Shown piece by piece: positions 1 through 8,188 of a DNA stretch of 40,705 nt (position 1 is the first letter of the stretch; each line of letters begins with the position of its first letter). The notes below the pieces were generated by a model, which saw nothing but the letters and a program-made list of their open reading frames with translations, was not told the DNA's origin and searched no databases. The position numbers and the translations under genes are program-made. This stretch comes from a virus (Duplodnaviria > Caudoviricetes), in IMG/VR virus record IMGVR_UViG_3300037419_001217, positions 1-40,705 of that record. The stretch is one strand, 5' to 3'.

Positions 1-1
1 C

Positions 2-304
2 GTGGGCGCAACCGTGGAAGTGGTTAACGGGCGTCAGCGCGCGATGTTTATAGAAGATTGGAAAGCCCGCGCCGAATCCGCAGAGCGGGAGCGCGACGAG
101 CTGCGCCGGGAGATCGAGAGGCTGCGGGCGATTGCCGATGCTGCAATGAACATCGGCTACTTCACCGGCCCGATCGAGCACAGGGGCGACAGCATGACCA
201 TCAGCAAGACGGTGGCGCACAAGTTCGCCTACGACTGGAACGATGCGCTGAACGCCCTACTCAAATCCGAGCAGGCCACAGCCAAGGAGGACGGGAATGG
301 GTGA
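2..304 (+). CDS. hypothetical phage protein (probably 5'-truncated), coiled-coil
   Basis: Open from the window edge, coiled-coil segment AESAERERDELRREIERLR, overlaps the next start. Confidence 0.55.
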   Translation: MGATVEVVNGRQRAMFIEDWKARAESAERERDELRREIERLRAIADAAMNIGYFTGPIEHRGDSMTISKTVAHKFAYDWNDALNALLKSEQATAKEDGNG

Positions 305-617
305 GACGTGCGCGACAAAGGAGCAGCGAAAAATGAACGATCCTTCAATTCTGTTCGTCAAGCCGAAGGCGATAAGCGCGGCTGACAAGCGCACCCTGAA
401 AAACGTGGGCGTCATCGTTGTCGAGGTGGACGACCCATCGGCGGTCAAATTCGTCCGGGCTGGCTACGAGATCGAGACGACAGCAATTCTCCGGGCCGCA
501 GTTAAGGCCGTTCGCTCGAACTCTACCTCTATAGACGCCTTTGGGCGCGCCATGTGCGCTGTGCTCGACGCTGCGGACGCCAGCGACAAACCCAAGGACG
601 GAGCGGAGAAGTCGTGA
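297..617 (+). CDS. hypothetical protein
   Basis: SD AAGGAGG upstream, stop overlaps the next GTG (GTGA). Confidence 0.65.
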   Translation: MGETCATKEQRKMNDPSILFVKPKAISAADKRTLKNVGVIVVEVDDPSAVKFVRAGYEIETTAILRAAVKAVRSNSTSIDAFGRAMCAVLDAADASDKPKDGAEKS

Positions 618-868
618 CCCTTCACGTCCTTCTGTTCGCCAATTCGTTCGGCTACATCTTTCTAAAGGCGATGCAGCAGCTCAACGTGGCATACGGTAAC
701 TACGTGTGGATCGTGCCCACCAGCTTCGGCATGGCGGCGTGCGAGGTGTACGCGGTGGTGACGGTGGCGCATGCCGGGAGTTGGTGGCTGGTGCTGCCGA
801 TCGGGCTGGGCGCCGGCCTCGGATCCATGACGGCGATGTACTTGCACGGCCGTTTTTTACGGCATTAG
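614..868 (+). CDS. small multi-TM membrane protein
   Basis: GTG at 614 coupled to the upstream stop, about 3 hydrophobic segments, GLGAGLGS motif. Confidence 0.65.
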   Translation: MTLHVLLFANSFGYIFLKAMQQLNVAYGNYVWIVPTSFGMAACEVYAVVTVAHAGSWWLVLPIGLGAGLGSMTAMYLHGRFLRH

Positions 869-887
869 TGTTGACTTTTAGACAACA
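869..887. promoter_or_regulatory. 19-bp palindromic operator copy 1 (TGTTGACTTTTAGACAACA)
   Basis: Intergenic match to the genome-wide inverted repeat. Confidence 0.7.
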
Positions 888-903
888 TTGAAGGGCTTGA
901 ACG

Positions 904-1455
904 ATGACGGATCGGTACGAAGGCCCCTGTGTTTTGCTGGGCGGTCATTACAGGGCACCGACGGTGTGCGCGGTCGTGGGACCGTGCGGGGAACTGCCTC
1001 AAATCAAAGTGAGCCCGCCTTCACGCGGACGTGAAACGGGCGGCCGCACTGATGCCGTAAATCCCTGCACGCCGGTCGAACAGCACGGCGCATACAACAA
1101 GGACGGATTTGGCGTAAAAGCCGATCAAGGCAAGCTTCAGTGGTGCCTCCTTCCCCTAAAATATCTCCGGGGCGTGGTCCGCGTTCTGATGAAGGGCGCG
1201 GCTAAGTACAGCCCGCACAACTGGCGCGCCGGCATGCCATGGAGTCAGACGTACAACGCTGCGCTGCGGCACCTGGATGCGTTTTGGTCGGGCGAGGACG
1301 TCGACCCGGAGACGGGCGAAAGCCACCTGGATCACGCGCTGTGCTGTCTCTTGTTCCTGCGCGCGCACAACATCGACTACCCGGAATTGGACGATCGCTA
1401 CAAAACAACCACGGTGGGGAACCCAAATGACAGCAGCCATAAAACCGATCGTTGA
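904..1455 (+). CDS. dATP/dGTP diphosphohydrolase-domain protein (DUF5664-like)
   Basis: K.D.GK..W.LLP, GAAKY..HNWR.G, AALRHL.AFW.GED.DPETGE.HL.HA motifs. Confidence 0.85.
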   Translation: MTDRYEGPCVLLGGHYRAPTVCAVVGPCGELPQIKVSPPSRGRETGGRTDAVNPCTPVEQHGAYNKDGFGVKADQGKLQWCLLPLKYLRGVVRVLMKGAAKYSPHNWRAGMPWSQTYNAALRHLDAFWSGEDVDPETGESHLDHALCCLLFLRAHNIDYPELDDRYKTTTVGNPNDSSHKTDR

Positions 1456-1639
1456 CCCGCGGGTCGTGCAGGTGTTCGCCGCGCACATCGCCGGCATCAA
1501 CGCCAAGGAAGGGACGAAGGCCCGGACCGATGCGTTCAGGCTCCGCGACAAGCTCATCAAGGCGATCGGCGCCGAGCAGCGCGGCTGGGCGCAGTCCGTG
1601 GCCAATGCGGTGAGGCGCGCATGCATGGGTGGCGAGTAG
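1427..1639 (+). CDS. hypothetical protein
   Basis: ATG at 1427 (MTAAIKP...), GC-rich third positions. Confidence 0.55.
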   Translation: MTAAIKPIVDPRVVQVFAAHIAGINAKEGTKARTDAFRLRDKLIKAIGAEQRGWAQSVANAVRRACMGGE

Positions 1640-1965
1640 AGGAAGCGAGGCGGCAGCCTACCCGCCAGGACAAGCTGATGTCCGAGTGGGTGGCGGCCGG
1701 GCGCAAAGCCGGCGTGGCCTACCTCAAGGCCAAGGTGCTGGACGCCAACCCACACCGTCTGTTGCGCACGCTCGAGCCGTTCGAGTTCGACGGCTTGGTG
1801 TGCGCCATGGTGGAGGCAGCGGACGCGAAGCGCGCCGAGATCACGGAGCGCGAGAGGGCCGCAGGCAACACGTTGGAACAGGCGCTGGATTCGTTCGACC
1901 CTGCGAAAGGTGACAGCCTGGACGGGGTGTTTCCCGCGGCAAAACCGGAGGACATTTTCTCGTGA
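1621..1965 (+). CDS. hypothetical protein
   Basis: Codon bias, stop overlaps the next GTG; start uncertain. Confidence 0.55.
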   Translation: MHGWRVEEARRQPTRQDKLMSEWVAAGRKAGVAYLKAKVLDANPHRLLRTLEPFEFDGLVCAMVEAADAKRAEITERERAAGNTLEQALDSFDPAKGDSLDGVFPAAKPEDIFS

Positions 1966-2696
1966 CCGTCATCAACTTCGCCTACATCCAGGTGGAACCA
2001 ACGCCCATTTGCGATTTCGTGTGGGAGCAAGCGTTCTTCAACTACCTGCTGAACCGCAAGCAGTTCCCCATCGACATCGCCAAGCAGGAATCGCTGCTTA
2101 CGACCCTGGCCGGCGACATCGGGCTCAACTCGCCGGACACGCCCAAGATCCTCGAGGCGCCGCACCAGCGGGTGAAGCCGTTGCGCCGCTGGTATGGGCT
2201 GCAGAAGGTGCCCAACGTGCTCAAGGCGATCGAAGCCGAGCTCAAGGCCGACGCCCACAAGATCGTGGTGCTGGCGAACAGCGGCCCGGTGCTGTCGGAG
2301 CTGCGCGACGGGCTCGGCGCCTACGGCTCGGTGATCCTCTACCCGGGCACGCCGATCGAGAAGCGCGGCGCCGTCTGCCAGCGGTTCCAGAACCAGGCGC
2401 GCTGCCGGGTGCTGGTGTGCGACATCGCCGCGGCCGGCACGGCGTTGGACCTCACCGCGGCCGAGCGGGTGCATGTCGTCGAGGGCTCGTGGTTCGCCGA
2501 CAACAACGTGCAGGCGATCATGCGCGTGGCCAACTGGCGCCAGCAGTACGACGTCGAGGTGCGCTTCTACGGTCTTGCCAACACGATCGACGACAAGATC
2601 CAGCGCATGCTGTGCAGCAACACCAAGCGCCGGGTGATCGAGTTTGTGGCACAGGCGCAACAGTCCGCCACTGTCGGCACGATTTATCCGACTTGA
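1962..2696 (+). CDS. stand-alone, degenerate SNF2-family helicase C-terminal (RecA2) domain
   Basis: KIVVLA, RFQN..RCRVLV, AAGTALDLTAA..V..VE.SW, QAIMR, TIDDKI; no Walker A or DExx half. Confidence 0.75.
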   Translation: MTVINFAYIQVEPTPICDFVWEQAFFNYLLNRKQFPIDIAKQESLLTTLAGDIGLNSPDTPKILEAPHQRVKPLRRWYGLQKVPNVLKAIEAELKADAHKIVVLANSGPVLSELRDGLGAYGSVILYPGTPIEKRGAVCQRFQNQARCRVLVCDIAAAGTALDLTAAERVHVVEGSWFADNNVQAIMRVANWRQQYDVEVRFYGLANTIDDKIQRMLCSNTKRRVIEFVAQAQQSATVGTIYPT

Positions 2697-2697
2697 G

Positions 2698-2728
2698 TGT
2701 TGTCTAATAGACAACAAGCGCGTAGGCT
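2698..2728 (+). promoter_or_regulatory. operator copy 2 (perfect palindrome, 2698-2716) overlapping promoter TTGTCT-N17-TAGGCT
   Basis: TGTTGTCTAATAGACAACA; -35 at 2700-2705, -10 at 2723-2728. Confidence 0.75.
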
Positions 2729-2763
2729 CCAACCCACTTTCAAACCTGAAAGGCCCCATCCAA

Positions 2764-3294
2764 ATGCTCACCCTCCACATTCAGGCCGAGTCGTTTCCCG
2801 AACTCGTCAAGGAAGCCGCGCGTGTGCTCGGCACCCCGCCGGTCGTCGGCCAGCCGTTTCCGATCGCCGAGATCAAGAGCGACGGCGAGGTGAAGCCCGT
2901 CAACGACAATGAGACGCCGTCGGCCAAGGGTCGCGGTCGTCCTCGCAAGACGGCGCCTGCCGGGGCGCCAGCGTCAGTACCGGCGTCCCAGGCGCAGGTG
3001 GACAGCAACAGCGCCAGCGCACCGGCGGATACGTCTCCGGCCGCAGAGGGCGCAACGACCGGAGCCGATGCGGAAGCGTCCGCTCCTGCGGCGGCGGGGG
3101 CACTTCCTCCCGATGCTCCTGCCGCCGCCCCCACCTTCGAGCAGTTCCGCGCTGCGCTGCAGAAGGCCGGTGCCACCGAGTCGGGCTTGAAGAAGCTGAC
3201 CGAGCTGCTGTCCAAGCACGGCTGCGCCAAGGTCAAGGACGTGCCGGCCGAGAAGTACGCCGAGATCATGGCGGAAGCGGCGGAGATCGCGTGA
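2764..3294 (+). CDS. conserved replication-module protein with Ala/Pro linker (type usually found upstream of DUF2800)
   Basis: C-terminal LL.KHG.AKVKDVP.EKYAE motif, position before the Cas4-like/SSB/pol genes. Confidence 0.7.
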   Translation: MLTLHIQAESFPELVKEAARVLGTPPVVGQPFPIAEIKSDGEVKPVNDNETPSAKGRGRPRKTAPAGAPASVPASQAQVDSNSASAPADTSPAAEGATTGADAEASAPAAAGALPPDAPAAAPTFEQFRAALQKAGATESGLKKLTELLSKHGCAKVKDVPAEKYAEIMAEAAEIA

Positions 3295-3491
3295 ACCTCC
3301 TGATCCTCGACTGCGCCTCCGGCGGCATCCGCGTGTACGCGCCTGGTCCGAAGAACACGGTGATCCTCAAAGGGATGACATGGTTCTCGGATTGGGACGC
3401 GGTGAAGCTCGGTGGCGCGCGCATCGACGTCGCCGCGATGGAGGATTTTCGTCGTGAGCCCACCTTCCCCGAACAGCAAGGAGTGGCGTGA
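3291..3491 (+). CDS. hypothetical protein
   Basis: GTGA coupling at both ends, SD GGAG. Confidence 0.6.
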   Translation: MNLLILDCASGGIRVYAPGPKNTVILKGMTWFSDWDAVKLGGARIDVAAMEDFRREPTFPEQQGVA

Positions 3492-3685
3492 TGCCCGTCA
3501 GCTATGCCGACCGCGTTTGGCGGAAGCGTGACTTCGAGCAGGACAAGCGCAACGAAGAGCGCGCCGCTTCGTGGGCGGTGCGCTGTCGCGTCGTTCCGCA
3601 ATTCCAGCGGCCACTGCTCGCCCATCGTATTTGGTCGTGGGAAGGCCGCGTCGTCTCGAAGCCGCAGAAGCGAGGAAAGAAATGA
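3488..3685 (+). CDS. hypothetical protein
   Basis: SD AAGGAG, ATGA coupling to the next gene. Confidence 0.55.
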   Translation: MMPVSYADRVWRKRDFEQDKRNEERAASWAVRCRVVPQFQRPLLAHRIWSWEGRVVSKPQKRGKK

Positions 3686-4890
3686 CCGCCCATTCCAACA
3701 TCGGCGCGTCCAGCATGTACCGCTGGAGCGCGTGCCCCGGCAGCGTGCGTCTGTCGGCCGGCGTCGCGAAGAAGTCCAGCAAGTACGCCGACGAAGGCAG
3801 TGACGCGCACGAGCTCGCGGCCATGTGCCTGCGCGGCGGCTTCCGGGCCGAGGAGTTCGTGGATCGCCACATTATCCAGGGCGGCCGCGACTTCACGCCC
3901 GATGCCGCCATGACCGAGGCGGTGCAAGTCTACCTCGATGCGGTGACGGCGCGGACGTGCGTGGCCGAAGATTGCAGCCTTGATATCGAAACCAAGTTCG
4001 ACCTGTCCGACGTCCACCCGGGGTGCTTTGGCACAGCCGACGCAGTGATCTGGAATGCGACCACCCGCGTGCTCACCGTGATGGACTACAAGCACGGCGC
4101 CGGTGTCCCGGTCAAAGTCGTCGGCAACCCACAGCTTCAGTATTACGGGCTTGGGGCGCTGCGGGCTTCCGGCTACCCGGCCGAGAAGGTGCGGCTCGTG
4201 ATCGTGCAACCCCGCTGCGAAATCGAGGGCTCGGCGGTGCGCGAGTGGGAGATCGACACGATCGACCTCTTGGACTTCCAGGCCGACCTCAAAGCCTATG
4301 CCGCCGCCACGGAGGATCCGAATGCACCGCTCAACCCCGGCGACCACTGCCGGTTTTGCCCGGCTGCGGCTCTTTGTCCTGCGCTGGCGAACAAGGCTCA
4401 GGAGGTGGCACGCATGGAGTTTGCGCCGGCCCAGCCCTACGACGCCGCGCAACTTAAGCTTGCGCTGGACAGTCGAGAGGTCATCCGGGCGTGGCTGAAG
4501 GCGCTGGACGAGTTCGCCTATGCCGAGGCCGAAGCTGGCCGCACGCCCCCCGGCTACAAGCTGGTGGCCAAGCGCGCCATGCGCAAATGGCGTGCCGAGG
4601 GCGAGGTGGTGGAGGCGCTGCAGAGCGCCGGCATCAAGCCCGACGTGTTCTACGAGCGGTCGCTGCGCTCGCCCGCCCAGCTCGAAAAGCTGGTGGATAA
4701 GAAAGTGCTGGCACCGTTCATCGTCGCCGAGTCGTCCGGCCATGCGCTGGTGTCGGAGGCCGACAAGCGGCCGGCCATCCGCGTCGACGCCGCATCCGAG
4801 TTCTCACCCAAGGACCCCGATAAGGAATTGCTCGACATCCCCGGGTTCCTCACCAAGCCCAAGCCGAGCACCGCAACCATCTTCGACTGA
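3682..4890 (+). CDS. Cas4-like PD-(D/E)xK exonuclease (DUF2800 family)
   Basis: AHS.IGASS..RW.ACPGS, GTAD, VMDYKHGAG, NPQL..Y.LGA, HCRFCPA...CP. Confidence 0.9.
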   Translation: MTAHSNIGASSMYRWSACPGSVRLSAGVAKKSSKYADEGSDAHELAAMCLRGGFRAEEFVDRHIIQGGRDFTPDAAMTEAVQVYLDAVTARTCVAEDCSLDIETKFDLSDVHPGCFGTADAVIWNATTRVLTVMDYKHGAGVPVKVVGNPQLQYYGLGALRASGYPAEKVRLVIVQPRCEIEGSAVREWEIDTIDLLDFQADLKAYAAATEDPNAPLNPGDHCRFCPAAALCPALANKAQEVARMEFAPAQPYDAAQLKLALDSREVIRAWLKALDEFAYAEAEAGRTPPGYKLVAKRAMRKWRAEGEVVEALQSAGIKPDVFYERSLRSPAQLEKLVDKKVLAPFIVAESSGHALVSEADKRPAIRVDAASEFSPKDPDKELLDIPGFLTKPKPSTATIFD

Positions 4891-4904
4891 AAAGGAAATA
4901 CCGC

Positions 4905-5504
4905 ATGGCCGAGAAACTGATTACCCCGGAGTTCCGCGCGTCTTACGCCTGGATTTTTGAACCGCAGGTCAACAAGCGTGAAGACGGCACCATCGTCAAA
5001 GAATACTCGCTGGTCGGCATCTTCCCCAAGGGCACCGATCTCACCGAGCTCAAGAAGGCGGCCGAGGCGGCGCTGGTCAAGAAGTACGGAACCGACCAGA
5101 GCAAGTGGCCGACGATCACGCGCAATCCCTTCCGCAAGTGCCGCGAGAAGTGGAAGAACGAAGACGGCAAGCAGGTGATCCCCGCTGGCTACGAGGACCC
5201 CGACGCCATCTTCATCACGTTCAAGGCCACCGAGAAGTACAAGCCAGGTGTCGTCGACGCCAACGTGAAGGACATCATCGAGCCGCGCGAGTTCTATTCC
5301 GGGTGCTACGCCCGCGCGTCGGTGCGCGCGTATGTCTACGACAACAAGGGCAACCGCGGCGTCGGCTTCGGGCTTAACAACGTGCAGAAGCTGCGCGACG
5401 GCGAGCCCTTGGGTGGCAGCGGCGGCCCCGCCCGGCCCTCCGACGAGTTCCAGGCTGTGGCCGAGGTCGGCGGCAGCACCGGCGCCGCGTCGGTGTTCGA
5501 TTGA
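4905..5504 (+). CDS. ssb: single-stranded DNA-binding protein (DUF2815, gp2.5-like)
   Basis: FRASY..IFEP, FYSGCYARASV, GNRGVGFGLNNVQKLRDGEPLG. Confidence 0.9.
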   Translation: MAEKLITPEFRASYAWIFEPQVNKREDGTIVKEYSLVGIFPKGTDLTELKKAAEAALVKKYGTDQSKWPTITRNPFRKCREKWKNEDGKQVIPAGYEDPDAIFITFKATEKYKPGVVDANVKDIIEPREFYSGCYARASVRAYVYDNKGNRGVGFGLNNVQKLRDGEPLGGSGGPARPSDEFQAVAEVGGSTGAASVFD

Positions 5505-5510
5505 TCCGAG

Positions 5511-5529
5511 CGTTGTCTATTTGACAACA
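5511..5529. promoter_or_regulatory. operator copy 3
   Basis: CGTTGTCTATTTGACAACA directly after the ssb stop. Confidence 0.75.
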
Positions 5530-5530
5530 T

Positions 5531-5559
5531 GCGGGAGGGGCTGCGGCTCCTCCCGTTTT
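5531..5559 (+). terminator. Rho-independent terminator after ssb
   Basis: CGGGAGG-GGC-TGCG-GCT-CCTCCCG hairpin followed by TTTT. Confidence 0.65.
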
Positions 5560-5572
5560 CACCGGAGGACGC

Positions 5573-5759
5573 AATGCGGATCGCTTTGTCGGTCAAGTTT
5601 GATGTTGGTCGTTACTCACTTGAACTAGGGATTGTTCCGCTCCCCGTGTGGCTGCCGCCTTGGCACGCTCGGGTGTTCGGTGAAGGCCTGGATTTCAAGC
5701 GCGGCTTTAGCGCGGCGCTGGGTCCGTTCGCCATTCTTGTTAAATGGCCGGTCGTATGA
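5573..5759 (+). CDS. small hypothetical protein (start approximate)
   Basis: SD GGAGG before MRIALSVK..., stop overlaps the pol ATG. Confidence 0.5.
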
Positions 5760-7792
5760 ACGTCCTCCACATCGACTTCGAGACGCGCAGCACCGTCGAT
5801 CTGAAGGCGGCGGGCATCGACAACTACGCCAAGCATCCGACGACGGACGTGTGGTGCATGGCGTATGCGTTCGATGACGAACCTGTGGAGATCATCGCGG
5901 GTGACTTCTGCGTCCTTCAAAACGTACTTGAAGGCGGAGAGGCGCTCCAATTCGTGGCGGATGGCGGCACCGTCGCCGCCCACAAAGCCAGCTTCGAGCT
6001 CGCTATCTGGAACCACATCTGCGTGCCGCGCTACGGCTGGCCACCGCTGAAGCCGAAGCAATGCCGCGACACCATGGCGATGGTTTACGCCATGGCGCTG
6101 CCGGGCTCGCTCGATAAAGCCTCTGCGGCTGTTGGCATCGCCCAGCAGAAGGATGCGGCGGGCTACCGGCTGATGATGCAGATGTGCCGGCCGCGCGAAG
6201 TGAAGCCCGACGGCACTCTGGTTTGGTGGAGCGAGCCCGACAAGCTCCAGCGCCTCTACGAGTATTGCAAGCAGGACGTCCGGGTCGAACGCGAGCTGGA
6301 CAAACGCCTGATGCCCCTGTCGCAGAGCGAGCAGGCCCTGTGGGTGCTCGACCAGAAGATCAACAACCGCGGAATCACCATCGACCGGCAGGCCGTGACG
6401 AAGGCCATCGTCGTGGTCGAGTCGGAGCAGACGCGGCTCAACGAGGAGATGAAGCGTGTTACGGGAAATTTTGTGGGCTTTTGCACTGAGACGGCTCGCC
6501 TCACTAAATGGGTGCAAGATCAAGGCGTCATGGTGGGCGGCGTCGCTAAAGCTGACGTGCTCGACGCACTGGACGGACCATTGCCCGACGTTGTTCGAGA
6601 TGCACTGCTCCTGCGCCAAGAAGCAGGAAAGTCGTCGACCGCAAAGCTAAAAACCATGCTGACGGCGGCATCCTCGGATGACCGTCTGCGCGGGATGCTG
6701 CAGTTCCACGGCGCCGGCACCGGACGGTGGGCGGGGCGCAAGGTGCAGTTGCACAACATGCCGCGACCCGGCCTCCGCGACGGCGAGCGCGTGCTGAAGT
6801 TTCCGCAGAAAGAGATCGAGCGGGCGATCGAGGTCATCGTTACGCACGAGCCGAAGGAAGCTGCGCGCATCCTCGACATGCTGTTCGGCTCGCCGCTCGA
6901 GGTCGTGTCGTCGTGCCTGCGCGCTATGCTGCGGGCGGCACCCGGACACGATCTGCTGGCCGCCGACTTCGCCAATATCGAGGGGCGCGCGTTGGCGTGG
7001 CTCGCCGGCGAGGAATGGAAACTGCACGCGTTCCGCGAGTACGACGCCAAACGCGGTCCCGACATTTATAAGATTTCCGCCAACCGTATCTACGGAGTGG
7101 CGATCGAAGACGTGGTCGACGACCAGCGCCAGATCGGCAAGGTGGCGGAGCTCGCTTGCGGATACCAAGGCGGCGTCGGCGCGTTTCAGATGATGGCGAA
7201 AACCTATTTGGTGAAGGTGGCAGATGAACTCGCGGACTCGATCAAAACAAAATGGCGCCAGGCCCATAGTCGAATCACGGAGCTTTGGTACGCTTACGAG
7301 GACGCGGCGCTACGGGCTGTCCTCAGCCCCGGACTGGTTGTTTCTGCTGGACCGAGTGGACGAGCAATTAAGTTCAAGGTCAGCGGATCCTTCCTCTGGT
7401 GCCTCCTGCCCTCCGGCCGAGCCCTCTGTTACCCCTACCCCAAGGTAAAGCCGATCGAGACGCCGTGGGGCGAGACGAAGGACCAGGTCCACTACATGAC
7501 GGTGGACGGCACCACTAACAAATGGGTGGAGACGCACACCTACGGCGGCAAGATTGCGGAGAACGTAACGCAGGCGATCTGCCGCGACCTTCTCGCCCAC
7601 GCCATCGTCAACGCCGAGGCCGCCGGCTATCCGGTGGTGCTGCACGTCCACGACGAAGTGGTCTCTGAAATGCCGAAGGGCGCCGGCAGCCTCGAGGAGT
7701 TCGAGGCGATTTGCGCCCGCACACCGAAATGGGCGGATGGGCTGCCCGTCACTACCGCGGGATGGCGCGGAGAAAGGTATAGGAAGGGATGA
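5756..7792 (+). CDS. polA: family A DNA polymerase with 3'-5' exonuclease domain
   Basis: ExoI HIDFETRS, ExoIII YCKQDV, TGRWAG, motif A DFANIEGR, motif B RQIGKVAELACGY, motif C HVHDE. Confidence 0.95.
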   Translation: MNVLHIDFETRSTVDLKAAGIDNYAKHPTTDVWCMAYAFDDEPVEIIAGDFCVLQNVLEGGEALQFVADGGTVAAHKASFELAIWNHICVPRYGWPPLKPKQCRDTMAMVYAMALPGSLDKASAAVGIAQQKDAAGYRLMMQMCRPREVKPDGTLVWWSEPDKLQRLYEYCKQDVRVERELDKRLMPLSQSEQALWVLDQKINNRGITIDRQAVTKAIVVVESEQTRLNEEMKRVTGNFVGFCTETARLTKWVQDQGVMVGGVAKADVLDALDGPLPDVVRDALLLRQEAGKSSTAKLKTMLTAASSDDRLRGMLQFHGAGTGRWAGRKVQLHNMPRPGLRDGERVLKFPQKEIERAIEVIVTHEPKEAARILDMLFGSPLEVVSSCLRAMLRAAPGHDLLAADFANIEGRALAWLAGEEWKLHAFREYDAKRGPDIYKISANRIYGVAIEDVVDDQRQIGKVAELACGYQGGVGAFQMMAKTYLVKVADELADSIKTKWRQAHSRITELWYAYEDAALRAVLSPGLVVSAGPSGRAIKFKVSGSFLWCLLPSGRALCYPYPKVKPIETPWGETKDQVHYMTVDGTTNKWVETHTYGGKIAENVTQAICRDLLAHAIVNAEAAGYPVVLHVHDEVVSEMPKGAGSLEEFEAICARTPKWADGLPVTTAGWRGERYRKG

Positions 7793-7986
7793 TCAAGAAA
7801 CTTGGACGGGTGTTTGGAGGTACGCTGCTGGCCTGCGGTTTGATGGAGTATGGGATCGGCGCTTTCGCCGCATGGGACGCCAACCCCGGGCATTGGGAGG
7901 TCGTTAGCCGACTTCTGCTGGCCGTCGCGTGGCCAATGGCCAGCCTCATGGTAACAGCCTGCATCATGGAAGCCACCCATGCCTGA
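7789..7986 (+). CDS. small membrane protein
   Basis: Two hydrophobic segments, coupled to the pol stop. Confidence 0.5.
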   Translation: MIKKLGRVFGGTLLACGLMEYGIGAFAAWDANPGHWEVVSRLLLAVAWPMASLMVTACIMEATHA

Positions 7987-8188
7987 CATCATCGACGACG
8001 CGAACGCCACCGCCGATCTGTTCTTGGCTGCGGCGTTGTCTATTAGACAACAATCGGCTAAGGTGCCAACCCACGGCATCGGCATGTGCCTGAACTGCGG
8101 CGCCGACGTGGAGGGCGACCGGCGGTGGTGCGACGTGGACTGCCGAAACCAATGGGACCTCGACAACAAGCGCCGGGAGCGGACGTAG
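7979..8188 (+). CDS. TraR/DksA-like C4 zinc-finger protein
   Basis: N-terminal D3-x-x-D6-x-A8 (MPDIIDDA), CxxC...CxxxC. Confidence 0.75.
   Translation: MPDIIDDANATADLFLAAALSIRQQSAKVPTHGIGMCLNCGADVEGDRRWCDVDCRNQWDLDNKRRERT
8034..8064 (+). promoter_or_regulatory. operator copy 4 (8034-8052, intragenic) overlapping promoter TTGTCT-N17-TAAGGT
   Basis: CGTTGTCTATTAGACAACA; -35 at 8036-8041, -10 at 8059-8064. Confidence 0.7.

Noticed and set aside
2909-3190. Arg-rich +1 ORF in the linker-protein gene
   Set aside because: Explained by Ala/Pro low-complexity codons; no SD
904-7792. Z-genome (2-aminoadenine) system
   Set aside because: No PurZ-like gene in the window; DUF5664 plus PolA is insufficient
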